Shown in pieces: positions 1 to 10,468 of a DNA stretch of 64,000 nucleotides. The translations under genes and the position numbers were made by a program. This DNA comes from Escherichia coli (GTDB lineage: Bacteria > Pseudomonadota > Gammaproteobacteria > Enterobacterales > Enterobacteriaceae): the NCBI RefSeq assembly GCF_003334765.1, contig NZ_QOWT01000017.1. One strand, 5' to 3'. Under the pieces are notes generated by a model, which made no database searches, was not told the origin of the DNA, and saw nothing but the letters and a program-made list of their open reading frames with translations. Numbering within the stretch: position 1 is the stretch's first letter; the number at the start of each line of letters is the position of its first letter.

Positions 1-414
1 TAATCCAGGCTCATACAGCGCATATTGGAACACCGCTTCTTTAAAAAAGCGCATCTCTTCCGGGCGATGGCGATTCATAAACCATTCGTCGTCGCGATAA
101 ACGTTAGTAATGATGTCCGGATTGTCGTTGACTACGCCAAACAGATCGCTGGCAATGTCGCGATCCAGGTTATGAGCAAAAATCAGATTACCATCCAGAT
201 CGTGAACGCGCGCACCATTGGAGGTAATCATGTAAGACTTAATCTCCAGATTATCGCGAATTTGCCCCACATCAACGTGGTGACGACCGGTCGCAAACAC
301 AAAGTTGATGCCGCGCGCGGTGAGCAGCTTCAGAGTTTCTTTGGCGTAAGGGGATAACGTATGGTCGGGAGAAAGTAACGTGCCATCTAAATCAGACGCA
401 ACAACCTGGTACAT
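1..414 (-). CDS. yigL: HAD-family sugar phosphatase YigL, N-terminal 138 codons only; gene runs off the window start
   Basis: Reverse-strand translation from ATG (complement 412-414) reads MYQVVASDLDGTLLSPDH..., the HAD motif DxDGT; sits immediately downstream of pldB as in the pldB-yigL operon. Confidence 0.85.
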   Translation of the reverse strand, partial: MYQVVASDLDGTLLSPDHTLSPYAKETLKLLTARGINFVFATGRHHVDVGQIRDNLEIKSYMITSNGARVHDLDGNLIFAHNLDRDIASDLFGVVNDNPDIITNVYRDDEWFMNRHRPEEMRFFKEAVFQYALYEPGL

Positions 415-421
415 AAGAAAT

Positions 422-1444
422 TTAAACCTCTGTAGAGCGGTTTCCGCTGGGTGAGTTATGCCTGTTGAAAAAATCAACGATGGCGTGGAGCGCGACTGAG
501 CGCATTGCGTCCTTTTCAAAAAGGATCTCATGGTAAGCACCTTTAATTACCAACGGCCGTCCTCCTTCGACAGGATGGCCCGCGGCGGTGCGGAGTTCAC
601 AAAAACGGTCATGCATGCGGTTATCCACCACGCGTTCCTCTTCAGCCTGCAAGAGAAGCGTTGGCGTGGCGTCATCACCCGCACCGGCTAACACCTGTTC
701 GCCAGCCAGAATACTTTCGCGTACCCAATGGTAGGTCGGCCCACCGACGCGAATCGTTGGGTCATCAGCATAGAAGCGTAAGTTACGTCGATATCGCTGT
801 CTGCTGTGGGTCAGTACGTTGATAGCAAACGGCAACGCGCGCCAGCGCCCGGTGCCTATTGCATAGCCATCACGGAAACGTGGATGCGCTTCGGCCCAGT
901 TGAGGATCTGCCGTGCCATAAATGACGGCATACGAATCACGATCCCAAACATTGGCGCAGTTAGCGCAATGGCGTCACATACACCTGGATGGCGTTGCAG
1001 AAATAATGTGGAGATCGCACCGCCCATCGAATGTGCCAGTATATAGCGTTTACGCCACGGACCGGGCTGAACCTCCTGCTGCCAGAATGCCGCCAGATCA
1101 TCAACATAATCATTAAAGCGATTAACATGCCCGAGATGCGGATCGGCTAACAGGCGACCGGAACGTCCCTGCCCGCGATGGTCGATGATTAAGACATCAA
1201 ACCCCAAATGGAACAGGTCATAGGCCAGTTCCGCATATTTTACGTAGCTCTCAATACGCCCCGGGCAGATGACTACCACCCGGTCATGGTGCTGTGCGCG
1301 AAAACGGACAAAGCGCACCGGAATGTCATCCACACCAGTAAACTCTGCTTCATCACGCTGACGCCAGAAATCAGTCAGCGGTCCCATGGTAAAAGCAGCA
1401 AACGCGTTTTCTCTTGTTTCCCAGTCTTTTTGCTGCTGAAACAT
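422..1444 (-). CDS. pldB: Lysophospholipase L2
   Basis: 340 aa ORF with alpha/beta hydrolase GHSMGG motif; position between yigL and rhtB. Confidence 0.93.
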   Translation of the reverse strand: MFQQQKDWETRENAFAAFTMGPLTDFWRQRDEAEFTGVDDIPVRFVRFRAQHHDRVVVICPGRIESYVKYAELAYDLFHLGFDVLIIDHRGQGRSGRLLADPHLGHVNRFNDYVDDLAAFWQQEVQPGPWRKRYILAHSMGGAISTLFLQRHPGVCDAIALTAPMFGIVIRMPSFMARQILNWAEAHPRFRDGYAIGTGRWRALPFAINVLTHSRQRYRRNLRFYADDPTIRVGGPTYHWVRESILAGEQVLAGAGDDATPTLLLQAEEERVVDNRMHDRFCELRTAAGHPVEGGRPLVIKGAYHEILFEKDAMRSVALHAIVDFFNRHNSPSGNRSTEV

Positions 1445-1554
1445 CGGGTAATCTGCCTCTTAAACCACGTAAAATCGTTTTTTTTAGCGTGCCTGACACA
1501 ACGCTGCGACAGTAGCGTATTGTGGCACAAAAATAGACACACCGGGAGTTCATC

Positions 1555-2175
1555 ATGACCTTAGAATGGTGGTTTGCCTACCTGCTGACATCGATCATTT
1601 TAAGCCTGTCGCCAGGCTCTGGTGCAATCAACACTATGACCACCTCGCTCAACCACGGTTATCGCGGCGCGGTGGCGTCTATTGCTGGGCTTCAGACCGG
1701 ACTGGCGATTCATATTGTGCTGGTTGGCGTGGGGTTGGGGACGCTATTTTCCCGCTCAGTGATTGCGTTTGAAGTGTTGAAGTGGGCAGGCGCGGCTTAC
1801 TTGATTTGGCTGGGAATCCAGCAGTGGCGCGCCGCTGGTGCAATTGACCTTAAATCGCTGGCCTCTACTCAATCGCGTCGACATTTGTTCCAGCGCGCAG
1901 TTTTTGTGAATCTCACCAATCCCAAAAGTATTGTGTTTCTGGCGGCGCTATTTCCGCAATTCATCATGCCGCAACAGCCGCAACTGATGCAGTATATCGT
2001 GCTCGGCGTCACCACTATTGTGGTCGATATTATTGTGATGATCGGTTACGCCACCCTTGCTCAACGGATTGCTCTATGGATTAAAGGACCAAAGCAGATG
2101 AAGGCGCTGAATAAGATTTTCGGCTCGTTGTTTATGCTGGTGGGAGCGCTGTTAGCATCGGCGAGGCATGCGTGA
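1555..2175 (+). CDS. rhtB: Homoserine/homoserine lactone efflux protein (LysE/RhtB family)
   Basis: 206 aa hydrophobic [29 protein letters not shown]-terminus typical of RhtB. Confidence 0.92.
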
Positions 2176-2183
2176 AAAATAAT

Positions 2184-2213
2184 GTCGGATGCGGCGTAAA
2201 CGCCTTATCCGAC
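2184..2213. repeat. REP (repetitive extragenic palindromic) element at rhtB/rhtC convergent junction
   Basis: gtcggatgcggcgtaaacgccttatccgac palindromic REP consensus. Confidence 0.7.
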
Positions 2214-2236
2214 TTACTCTGAAGACGCGTCTGGCA

Positions 2237-2857
2237 TCACCGCGAAATAATCAAATGAATGCCAAATCCGGCAAATAACGCCCCGGCAAAACCATCAATC
2301 CACTTCGCCAGACGTTGATAACCACGGCGCATTTGCGGCAGGGCAAACAGGCTGGCAACGACGGTAAACCACGCCAGCGTTTCGACAATGATCAGCGCAA
2401 AAATGCCCCAGCGCGCGGTAGTGCCAACGTTATCACCGACAAACAATGAGAACACCGAGCCAAAGTAGATAATCGCTTTCGGATTAGCGAGATTGGTCAG
2501 TAAACCTTTCAGGAAACTGCGCCCACTTTTCGCCAGCTCGACCTGTGGCGCAGGTGCAGAAACCGCCTCTTTTTTCAGTGCACCACGTAGCATCTGGTAA
2601 CCCATCCAGCAGAGATACAGGCCACCGCCCACCATAATCAGCGTATGCAGCCAGGCCATTTTTTCGATAATCAAATGCAGGCCAAGCAGCGCAATCCCAG
2701 CCCAAACCATTACGCCGCAGGTAATGCCCAGCACGCCCATCATCGCTTCTTTACGGGAACGACTGACAGCGGTCTGAGAGACAAAAAAGAAATCGGGACC
2801 GGGGCTCATAAGCGCCACAATGTGCACCATGGCGACGGTGAGAAATAACATCAACAT
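2237..2857 (-). CDS. rhtC: Threonine efflux protein (LysE/RhtB family)
   Basis: 206 aa paralog of rhtB, convergent with it; MLMLFLTVAMVHIVALMSPGPDFFFV. Confidence 0.92.
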   Translation of the reverse strand: MLMLFLTVAMVHIVALMSPGPDFFFVSQTAVSRSRKEAMMGVLGITCGVMVWAGIALLGLHLIIEKMAWLHTLIMVGGGLYLCWMGYQMLRGALKKEAVSAPAPQVELAKSGRSFLKGLLTNLANPKAIIYFGSVFSLFVGDNVGTTARWGIFALIIVETLAWFTVVASLFALPQMRRGYQRLAKWIDGFAGALFAGFGIHLIISR

Positions 2858-2920
2858 ACATTTGACTCGCGGGGGAAACGTTTACGGAGTCTTCATACTG
2901 GCACTTTTTTATGCTGCTGA

Positions 2921-4750
2921 CTACTCTTCGTCATCGCCATCAACATGCGCACGAATCAGCGCCATAAACGGTTTGCCAAAGCGTTCCAGCTTGCGCATCC
3001 CAACGCCGTTAACGCTGAGCATTTCGCTGGCGGTGATCGGCATCTGTTCAGCCATCTCAATCAAGGTTGCGTCGTTAAACACCACGTACGGCGGGACATT
3101 ACTTTCATCGGCTATCGATTTACGCAGTTTGCGTAATTTGGCGAACAGTTTGCGATCATAGTTGCCGCCGAACGATTTCTGCATCGCTTTCGGTTTGAGC
3201 GCCACGATACGCGGCACGGCAAGTTGCAAAGAGGATTCGCCGCGCAGCACCGGGCGCGCGGCCTCTGTCAGTTGTAGGGCAGAATGCTGGGCAATATTTT
3301 GCGTCACCAGGCCGAGGTGAATCAGCTGGCGGATCACGCTCACCCAATGTTCATGGCTTTTATCACGGCCCATGCCATAGACTTTCAGTTTGTCATGACC
3401 ATAGTCGCGGATACGCTGGTTATTAGCACCACGAATCACTTCCACCACATAACCCATCCCAAACCGCTGATTCACACGACCAATGGTGGAAAGGGCAATC
3501 TGAGCATCGGTTGAACCGTCGTACTGTTTCGGCGGATCGAGGCAGATATCGCAGTTCCCGCACGGCTCCTGACGCCCTTCGCCAAAATAGTTCAGCAATA
3601 CCAGACGACGGCAAGTTTGCGCTTCGGCAAACGCGCCCATCGCATTGAGTTTGTGGCGCTCGATATCCTGCAACTGCCCCTGCGGCTTCTCTTCCAGACA
3701 ACGGCGCAGCCACGCCATATCAGCCGGATCGTAAAACAGCATCGCTTCCGCGGGCAGGCCATCACGCCCGGCGCGTCCGGTTTCCTGATAATAGGATTCG
3801 ATATTGCGCGGAATATCAAAGTGGACCACGAAGCGAACGTTTGGTTTATTGATGCCCATGCCGAACGCCACCGTCGCCACCACAATTTGCAGGTCATCGC
3901 GCTGGAATTTTTCCTGCACATCGGCGCGAACATTATTTTCCAGCCCGGCATGATAGGCCGCCGCGCTAATTCCCTTGCTTTGCAGGCGCGCAGCGGTGTC
4001 TTCTACTTTCGCGCGGCTGTTGCAGTAGATAATGCCTGACTTACCGCGCTGTTCCTGCACGTAGCGCATCAACTGATCGAGCGGTTTGAACTTCTCCATC
4101 AGCATGTAGCGAATATTCGGACGGTCAAAACTGCTGATTTGAATCAGCGGATCGTTCAGCCCCAGCAGGCGCACGATATCCTGGCGCGTGGTGTCGTCGG
4201 CTGTGGCGGTCAGCGCCATAAACGGCAGCGTCGGGAACCGCTGGCGCAACTGACCGAGCGCGGCATATTCCGGGCGGAAATCGTGGCCCCATTGGGAGAT
4301 ACAGTGCGCTTCATCAACGGCTAATAACACCGGATTCCAGTGCGCCAGATGCTCAAGAAAGTTATCCAGCATCAGGCGTTCCGGGGCGATATAAAGCAGA
4401 CGAATTTGCCCGGTGCGGCAGCCTGTCATCACTTCAAGTTGCTGTTCGCGGGTTTGCGTCGAGTTAAGGCACGCCGCCGCCACGCCGTTGGCTTGCAGTT
4501 GATCCACCTGATCTTTCATCAACGAAATCAGCGGTGAAACAACCACGGTAAGGCCGTTTAGCAATAAGGCAGGGATTTGATAGCAAAGGGATTTTCCGCC
4601 ACCAGTGGGCATGACGACGAGGCAATCGCGGCCGGAAAGCACAGTGTCGATAATTTCTTCCTGGCCGGGGCGAAACTGTTGGTAGCCAAAGGTTTCTTGT
4701 AAAACCTGTTTAGCTCCGGACTCCAGATTCAACACTTCCGCCTGCGCCAC
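2921..4750 (-). CDS. recQ: ATP-dependent DNA helicase RecQ
   Basis: Helicase motifs ([15 protein letters not shown], zinc-binding CGNCDIC, HRDC tail); GTG at complement 4748-4750 gives the 609 aa MAQAEVLNL form; the ORF track starts 2 codons further upstream. Confidence 0.93.
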
Positions 4751-4882
4751 ATTCACCCCGATTGCCTGAAATAAAAACAGGCGCTATTTTCAGCGCCTGC
4801 GCGAGAAACTGCAATGCTTTTAGTCTCTGAGAGGGTAATCCTGGATGCTGGATTCCAGATTTGCCAACCACTCAACCGTTCA

Positions 4883-5752
4883 TCAAAACAAATCGTTTAG
4901 CATAACCCCCACACCGACACGGGTCTGGTTGAAGTTATAGTCGATGAGCGATTCGCCATAGCCGCTGTAAACCTGAGTATAAAGGCGCACATGTTTGGTG
5001 ATCGGGTAACTTAAGCCTAACTCCGCGCCGCCGTAGCCGGTGTTCCAGTTGTACTGTCCTTTCGCACTGAGCACCGCATCACCGAGGTGATAGCCGATTT
5101 TAAGCTGGTAGTAACCCATATATTTGGTGATATCCGGGTTATCGTCAGTATTACCCACCACATACCACGGCTTCACTTCTACCAGCCAGTTACCGTTTTC
5201 TGCCATCAGGCGAGTATAAAGGCGGTTCCAGCTGCGGGAGGTCGGGTCGGAACGCCCGTTAGAGTCGTGGTTATACCCCATCTCCACATCGCGCAGCGTC
5301 CAACCTGCAAAACGGTAATCGGTGGCAAAACCGAGGAACAATTGCGGTTCGTAGTTGGTTTCACGAAACGGTGAAGACTCTTCGCTATTGGACAGTTGCC
5401 ACCAGGATTTTTGCGTATAAGACGCACCCAACACCGAGTTCGGGCCTAAAATCCCACGCCACAGCGGAAATGCCAGGCTCAACTGAAACTTTACTTCATC
5501 CTTACGCGCATTTTCCGCCCAGTCGTAACTGGCAATCGCTTCTTTATTCAGATCGCTGGTTTGGGTGTAAATGAGGTAGTTGGTGTCATAAGGATAGAGC
5601 GTGAACGGATTGTCATGCTCCTGCAGCATATTGGCGATAATACTGCCACGCACCGCTGGCGCGTCATGCACCTCTTTCACCGTTGCCTCTTGTGCATATA
5701 CTGCCATAGGCAACATAAACACCGGCAACAACCAGCCCTGCAGAGTCCGCAT
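4883..5752 (-). CDS. pldA: Outer membrane phospholipase A
   Basis: 289 aa with signal peptide MRTLQGWLLPVFMLPMAVYA and beta-barrel C-terminal F; upstream of recQ as in the pldA-recQ arrangement. Confidence 0.93.
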   Translation of the reverse strand: MRTLQGWLLPVFMLPMAVYAQEATVKEVHDAPAVRGSIIANMLQEHDNPFTLYPYDTNYLIYTQTSDLNKEAIASYDWAENARKDEVKFQLSLAFPLWRGILGPNSVLGASYTQKSWWQLSNSEESSPFRETNYEPQLFLGFATDYRFAGWTLRDVEMGYNHDSNGRSDPTSRSWNRLYTRLMAENGNWLVEVKPWYVVGNTDDNPDITKYMGYYQLKIGYHLGDAVLSAKGQYNWNTGYGGAELGLSYPITKHVRLYTQVYSGYGESLIDYNFNQTRVGVGVMLNDLF

Positions 5753-5916
5753 CGGTCGTGTTCTCCGTAACGAATTATTGATAAGGTGAATATTTTTCTG
5801 CGGGCTATTTTACATACTTAACTCCATAGCCGTTAGTTATCCCTTCCTAAAGTAGAAACCAACAACAAAGAAGCATAAAATCAACATTTCATTAACCAAT
5901 GAAGTGTAAGGATGAT

Positions 5917-6384
5917 ATGTCTGCCGTACTGACCGCTGAACAAGCCCTGAAATTAGTGGGTGAGATGTTTGTTTATCACATGCCATTTAACCGCGCATTG
6001 GGGATGGAACTGGAGCGTTACGAAAAAGAGTTCGCACAGCTGGCCTTTAAAAATCAGCCAATGATGGTGGGCAACTGGGCGCAAAGCATTTTGCACGGCG
6101 GGGTCATTGCGTCGGCGCTGGATGTCGCCGCCGGTCTGGTGTGCGTGGGAAGTACCTTAACCCGCCACGAAACCATCAGTGAAGATGAACTACGCCAGCG
6201 GCTATCGCGGATGGGGACCATTGATCTTCGCGTTGATTATCTGCGCCCAGGCAGGGGCGAGCGTTTTACTGCTACTAGTAGCCTGTTGCGTGCAGGCAAT
6301 AAAGTCGCCGTCGCCCGCGTTGAATTACACAATGAAGAACAGCTTTATATTGCCAGTGCCACCGCCACCTATATGGTAGGTTGA
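5917..6384 (+). CDS. yigI: Hotdog-fold thioesterase (PaaI/YigI family)
   Basis: 155 aa from ATG 5917 ([18 protein letters not shown]...); ORF track starts 6 codons upstream at 5899. Confidence 0.85.
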   Translation: MSAVLTAEQALKLVGEMFVYHMPFNRALGMELERYEKEFAQLAFKNQPMMVGNWAQSILHGGVIASALDVAAGLVCVGSTLTRHETISEDELRQRLSRMGTIDLRVDYLRPGRGERFTATSSLLRAGNKVAVARVELHNEEQLYIASATATYMVG

Positions 6385-6435
6385 AGACATAAAAGCAGGT
6401 AAACTGCTGTTACCAATTAAAAATGAGTATTCCCG

Positions 6436-7326
6436 ATGGATGCAAAACAAACGCGGCAGGGCGTATTACTCGCTCTTGCCGCTTATTTTATTTGGGGTAT
6501 AGCGCCAGCGTACTTCAAGTTGATTTACTACGTGCCCGCCGATGAAATCCTGACGCATCGCGTGATCTGGTCGTTTTTCTTTATGGTGGTGCTGATGAGC
6601 ATTTGCCGCCAGTGGTCCTATTTAAAAACGCTGATTCAGACGCCACAGAAAATTTTTATGCTGGCAGTCTCTGCCGTGCTGATTGGTGGCAACTGGCTAC
6701 TGTTTATCTGGGCGGTGAACAATCACCATATGCTGGAAGCGAGCCTTGGTTACTTTATTAACCCGCTGGTGAACATTGTGCTGGGGATGATTTTCCTCGG
6801 CGAGCGATTCCGCCGGATGCAATGGCTGGCGGTGATTCTGGCGATATGTGGCGTGTTAGTCCAGCTGTGGACTTTTGGTTCGCTACCTATTATCGCGCTG
6901 GGACTGGCATTTAGTTTTGCCTTCTACGGTCTGGTACGCAAGAAGATTGCCGTTGAAGCGCAAACCGGCATGTTAATCGAAACCATGTGGCTGCTGCCCG
7001 TGGCGGCAATTTACCTGTTTGCTATTGCCGACAGCTCAACCAGCCATATGGGGCAAAACCCGATGTCGCTGAATTTACTGCTGATCGCCGCCGGTATTGT
7101 CACTACCGTACCGCTGTTGTGTTTTACCGCCGCTGCCACGCGCTTGCGTCTCTCAACGTTAGGCTTTTTCCAGTACATTGGCCCGACGCTGATGTTCCTG
7201 CTGGCTGTGACGTTTTATGGTGAAAAACCGGGTGCCGATAAGATGGTGACTTTCGCCTTTATTTGGGTGGCGCTGGCAATTTTTGTGATGGATGCGATTT
7301 ATACGCAGCGTAGAACGTCCAAATAA
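6436..7326 (+). CDS. rarD: DMT-superfamily inner membrane transporter RarD
   Basis: 296 aa polytopic membrane protein; conserved position. Confidence 0.9.
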   Translation: MDAKQTRQGVLLALAAYFIWGIAPAYFKLIYYVPADEILTHRVIWSFFFMVVLMSICRQWSYLKTLIQTPQKIFMLAVSAVLIGGNWLLFIWAVNNHHMLEASLGYFINPLVNIVLGMIFLGERFRRMQWLAVILAICGVLVQLWTFGSLPIIALGLAFSFAFYGLVRKKIAVEAQTGMLIETMWLLPVAAIYLFAIADSSTSHMGQNPMSLNLLLIAAGIVTTVPLLCFTAAATRLRLSTLGFFQYIGPTLMFLLAVTFYGEKPGADKMVTFAFIWVALAIFVMDAIYTQRRTSK

Positions 7327-7420
7327 AAAATAAATATATTCTGAAAAAATATGCCGACTCTTGCATGAGAGTGGGCATATTGCCATGCTGACCGGAGACT
7401 CATACAAGGATGTAAAATTT

Positions 7421-7801
7421 ATGTTACGTATATTTATCCCAACATCTAACGGTAAGATTTCCAGACGTCGTTATATATTTTCATTTATTTTAATAAATTT
7501 CATTTTTGCCTTTCTTATTATCTTTTTTAACGATGGAGAAGCAGGCTTTCTTGTTATAGTCTCTACCATCGTACTCCATTATCTCGTCATCAACATGAAT
7601 TGCCAGCGACTCCGTGATAGTGGTTTCATCTATATAAAAACTTATGTTTTTGGTACATTAGCAGTATATATCATCTCTATCATCACAATGATAGCCGAAG
7701 ATTTTGCCTGTTCAGGCAATGGTTCGATGATTTTTTTGATTTGTTATTTTTCCACTTTCAGTATGCTAATGCTTGCACCTACTGATTCATCAAAACAATA
7801 G
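7421..7801 (+). CDS. yigG: Small inner membrane protein of unknown function
   Basis: 126 aa hydrophobic ORF from ATG 7421 in a markedly AT-rich segment; upstream TTG extension in the ORF track not favoured. Confidence 0.7.
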
Positions 7802-7814
7802 TTATGGAGTATTT

Positions 7815-8195
7815 ATGAGTAAGGAATATATGAACGATGGTTCATTAAGTGAAAAATGGAAATACCGATTTAATTTTTATGATCAACATGGTTTTCCTGG
7901 ATTCTGGGGGGCAACACCAGAATATAAAGCAGCATTTAAAGCATTAAAAGTAAGACAACGCTTAACTATTCAAATGAATTTCATTGCTTTCTTCTGTTCC
8001 TGGATATATTTATTTGTCCTGGGGTTATGGAAAAAAGCAATTATAGTTCTATTACTTGGTATTCTATCTCTATTTGTTGGTGCACTAATTGGCGTTAACA
8101 TTCTGGGAATTGCCGTAGCAGCCTATGTTGCTGTTAACACGAACAAATGGTTCTATGAGAAAGAGGTAAAAGGGTTAAATACCTGGAGCCTTTGA
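7815..8195 (+). CDS. yigF: Small inner membrane protein of unknown function
   Basis: 126 aa from ATG 7815 with GGAG Shine-Dalgarno at 7806-7809; two predicted TM helices; AT-rich. Confidence 0.75.
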   Translation: MSKEYMNDGSLSEKWKYRFNFYDQHGFPGFWGATPEYKAAFKALKVRQRLTIQMNFIAFFCSWIYLFVLGLWKKAIIVLLLGILSLFVGALIGVNILGIAVAAYVAVNTNKWFYEKEVKGLNTWSL

Positions 8196-8201
8196 ATAAC
8201 A

Positions 8202-8239
8202 GGTGGCTTAGCCAGACTAAGCCACCGCTCTCGTTTTTT
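8202..8239 (+). terminator. Intrinsic terminator hairpin at yigF/corA convergent junction
   Basis: ggtggcttag / ctaagccacc stem followed by gctctcgtttttt; the T-run overlaps the corA stop codon. Confidence 0.6.
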
Positions 8240-9188
8240 ACAACCAGTTCTTCCGCTTAAAGTACAGATACGGTGCCAGGCCCGCGAGGATCATAAAGAT
8301 AATCGCGCCAGGGTAGCCGAAGCTCCACTTCAGTTCTGGCATAAACTCAAAGTTCATGCCATAGCTGGAAGCAACGAGCGTCGGCGGCAGGAATACCACG
8401 GATACCACCGAGAAGATTTTGATGATGCGGTTCTGCTCGATGTTGATAAAACCCATTGCCGCCTGCATCAGGAAGTTCACCTTCTGGAACAGGGATTCGT
8501 TATGCGGCAGCAGGGATTCGATATCTCGCAGGATTTCACGCGCCTGCTCCAGTTGCCCACCCGGTAAACGCGCTTTACGCACCAGGAAGTTGAGCGCGCG
8601 CTGGGTATCCATCAGACACAGGCGAACTTTCCAGCCGATATCTTCCAGTTCCGCCAGAGTGGAGAGCGCCTCGTCGTACTCATCGCCCTGATGCCCTTCC
8701 ATAATCACCCGGCTCAACTGCTCCAGGTCGCTATAGATATTTTCAATTTCATCTGCCAACTGTTCGATTTTGGTTTCGAACAGATCCAGCAGCAACTCGT
8801 AGGCGTTACCGTCTACCATCGACTGGCTACGGGCACGCATACGATACAGACGAAAAGCGGGCAGTTCACGCTCACGCAGAGTAAACAGACGACCATCACG
8901 GATGGTAAATGCCACAGTGGAGTTACCGGCGTGATCTTCCGCATCTTCAAAGAAGAAGAAGGAGTGAATATGCAGGCCGTCGTCGTCTTCAAAGAAACGT
9001 GCCGATGCTTCGATGTCTTCCAGTTCCGGGCGGGTTGCCAGGCTCTGGCCAAGTTCAGATTGTACGCGCAGTCGCTCGTCGTCGTCCGGTTCGACAAGAT
9101 CAATCCATACTGCATTTACAAGGGGTTGTGACTCTTCGACTTCCAGCCGGGTCAGTCGGTTATTTTCCAGTTGAAATGCGCTCAGCAT
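8238..9188 (-). CDS. corA: Mg2+/Co2+/Ni2+ transport protein CorA
   Basis: 316 aa from ATG (complement 9186-9188) [12 protein letters not shown]...; C-terminal [10 protein letters not shown] signature with two TM helices. Confidence 0.95.
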   Translation of the reverse strand: MLSAFQLENNRLTRLEVEESQPLVNAVWIDLVEPDDDERLRVQSELGQSLATRPELEDIEASARFFEDDDGLHIHSFFFFEDAEDHAGNSTVAFTIRDGRLFTLRERELPAFRLYRMRARSQSMVDGNAYELLLDLFETKIEQLADEIENIYSDLEQLSRVIMEGHQGDEYDEALSTLAELEDIGWKVRLCLMDTQRALNFLVRKARLPGGQLEQAREILRDIESLLPHNESLFQKVNFLMQAAMGFINIEQNRIIKIFSVVSVVFLPPTLVASSYGMNFEFMPELKWSFGYPGAIIFMILAGLAPYLYFKRKNWL

Positions 9189-9557
9189 GACCGGGACTCC
9201 CAATGCTTAAAATATCGGACAGTTCGGTGGGCACACAGAAACAAATTGGGTTTCAGACCATTAAACAGCCTGACTCAGCGCGACGGGAAAAATTGAGGTC
9301 GCTGACAACCGCTAAGGCTATCAGCAAAAAGGGATAGCCTTAGGAGTTGATCCTGGATGACAGGATAGTGAGCCAGTATCTACTGGGTGTGTCCAAGGCG
9401 AATGTCCTCTTAGAGTGATCGTGCGCGCATGTTACGCCAGCAAAATTTTGCCGTCAACACGCAACAGAACACCACAGAACAATAGTTGAACTTCGCGCTT
9501 TTTGGTACTCGTCAAGGTCGCTAACAGGATAAAAAAATCCCACATCCAGGACCTATA

Positions 9558-10322
9558 ATGGCGCATCAGCTACTCATTGGTAAAGGAATGATCACCTTGA
9601 ATCTCAAACGGATTTTTCTCGCCCTCACCTTACTTCCCTTGTTTGCTGTTGCCGCTGATGATTGCGCACTCTCAGATCCGACGCTGACCGTACAGGCGTA
9701 TACCGTTAATCCTCAAACAGAGCGGGTGAAAATGTACTGGCAAAAAGCCAATGGCGAAGCGTGGGGAACGTTACATGCTCTGCTGGCGGATATTAATAGT
9801 CAGGGTCAGGTGCAGATGGCGATGAACGGCGGCATCTATGATGAAAGCTATGCGCCGCTCGGTTTGTACATCGAAAACGGTCAGCAGAAGGTGGCGTTAA
9901 ATCTCGCTTCAGGTGAAGGGAATTTCTTTATCCGTCCTGGCGGCGTGTTTTATGTCGCGGGAGATAAAGTCGGCATCGTTCGTCTGGATGCCTTCAAAAC
10001 CAGTAAAGAGATTCAGTTTGCGGTGCAGTCAGGGCCAATGTTGATGGAAAACGGTGTAATTAATCCGCGTATTCATCCCAACGTCGCCTCAAGCAAAATT
10101 CGTAACGGTGTTGGGATTAATAAACATGGGAACGCCGTGTTTTTGTTGAGCCAGCAGGCAACAAATTTTTATGATTTTGCCTGTTATGCCAAAGCGAAAC
10201 TGAACGTTGAGCAGCTGCTTTATCTTGATGGCACGATTTCACATATGTATATGAAAGGCGGGGCAATCCCGTGGCAACGCTATCCTTTTGTCACCATGAT
10301 TTCCGTCGAGCGGAAAGGTTAA
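9558..10322 (+). CDS. yigE: Secreted/periplasmic protein of unknown function
   Basis: 254 aa with N-terminal signal-like hydrophobic segment; function not inferable from sequence. Confidence 0.8.
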   Translation: MAHQLLIGKGMITLNLKRIFLALTLLPLFAVAADDCALSDPTLTVQAYTVNPQTERVKMYWQKANGEAWGTLHALLADINSQGQVQMAMNGGIYDESYAPLGLYIENGQQKVALNLASGEGNFFIRPGGVFYVAGDKVGIVRLDAFKTSKEIQFAVQSGPMLMENGVINPRIHPNVASSKIRNGVGINKHGNAVFLLSQQATNFYDFACYAKAKLNVEQLLYLDGTISHMYMKGGAIPWQRYPFVTMISVERKG

Positions 10323-10361
10323 AACGATAGTTTTGTGTCAGATACTGAAGATGGCGCAGAT

Positions 10362-10466
10362 GCCGGATGCGGCGTAAACGCCCTATCCGGCCTACATGAC
10401 GTTGCAATTTATTGAATCTGAATGATTTTTTAGGCCAAATAAGGTGCGCAGCACCGCATCCGGCAA
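10362..10466. repeat. BIME/RIP-type element: two inverted REPs flanking a conserved core
   Basis: gccggatgcggcgtaaacgccctatccggcctaca ... tgcaatttattgaat ... gtgcgcagcaccgcatccggca; the same 15-mer core recurs at 26352-26366. Confidence 0.7.
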
Positions 10467-10468
10467 CG

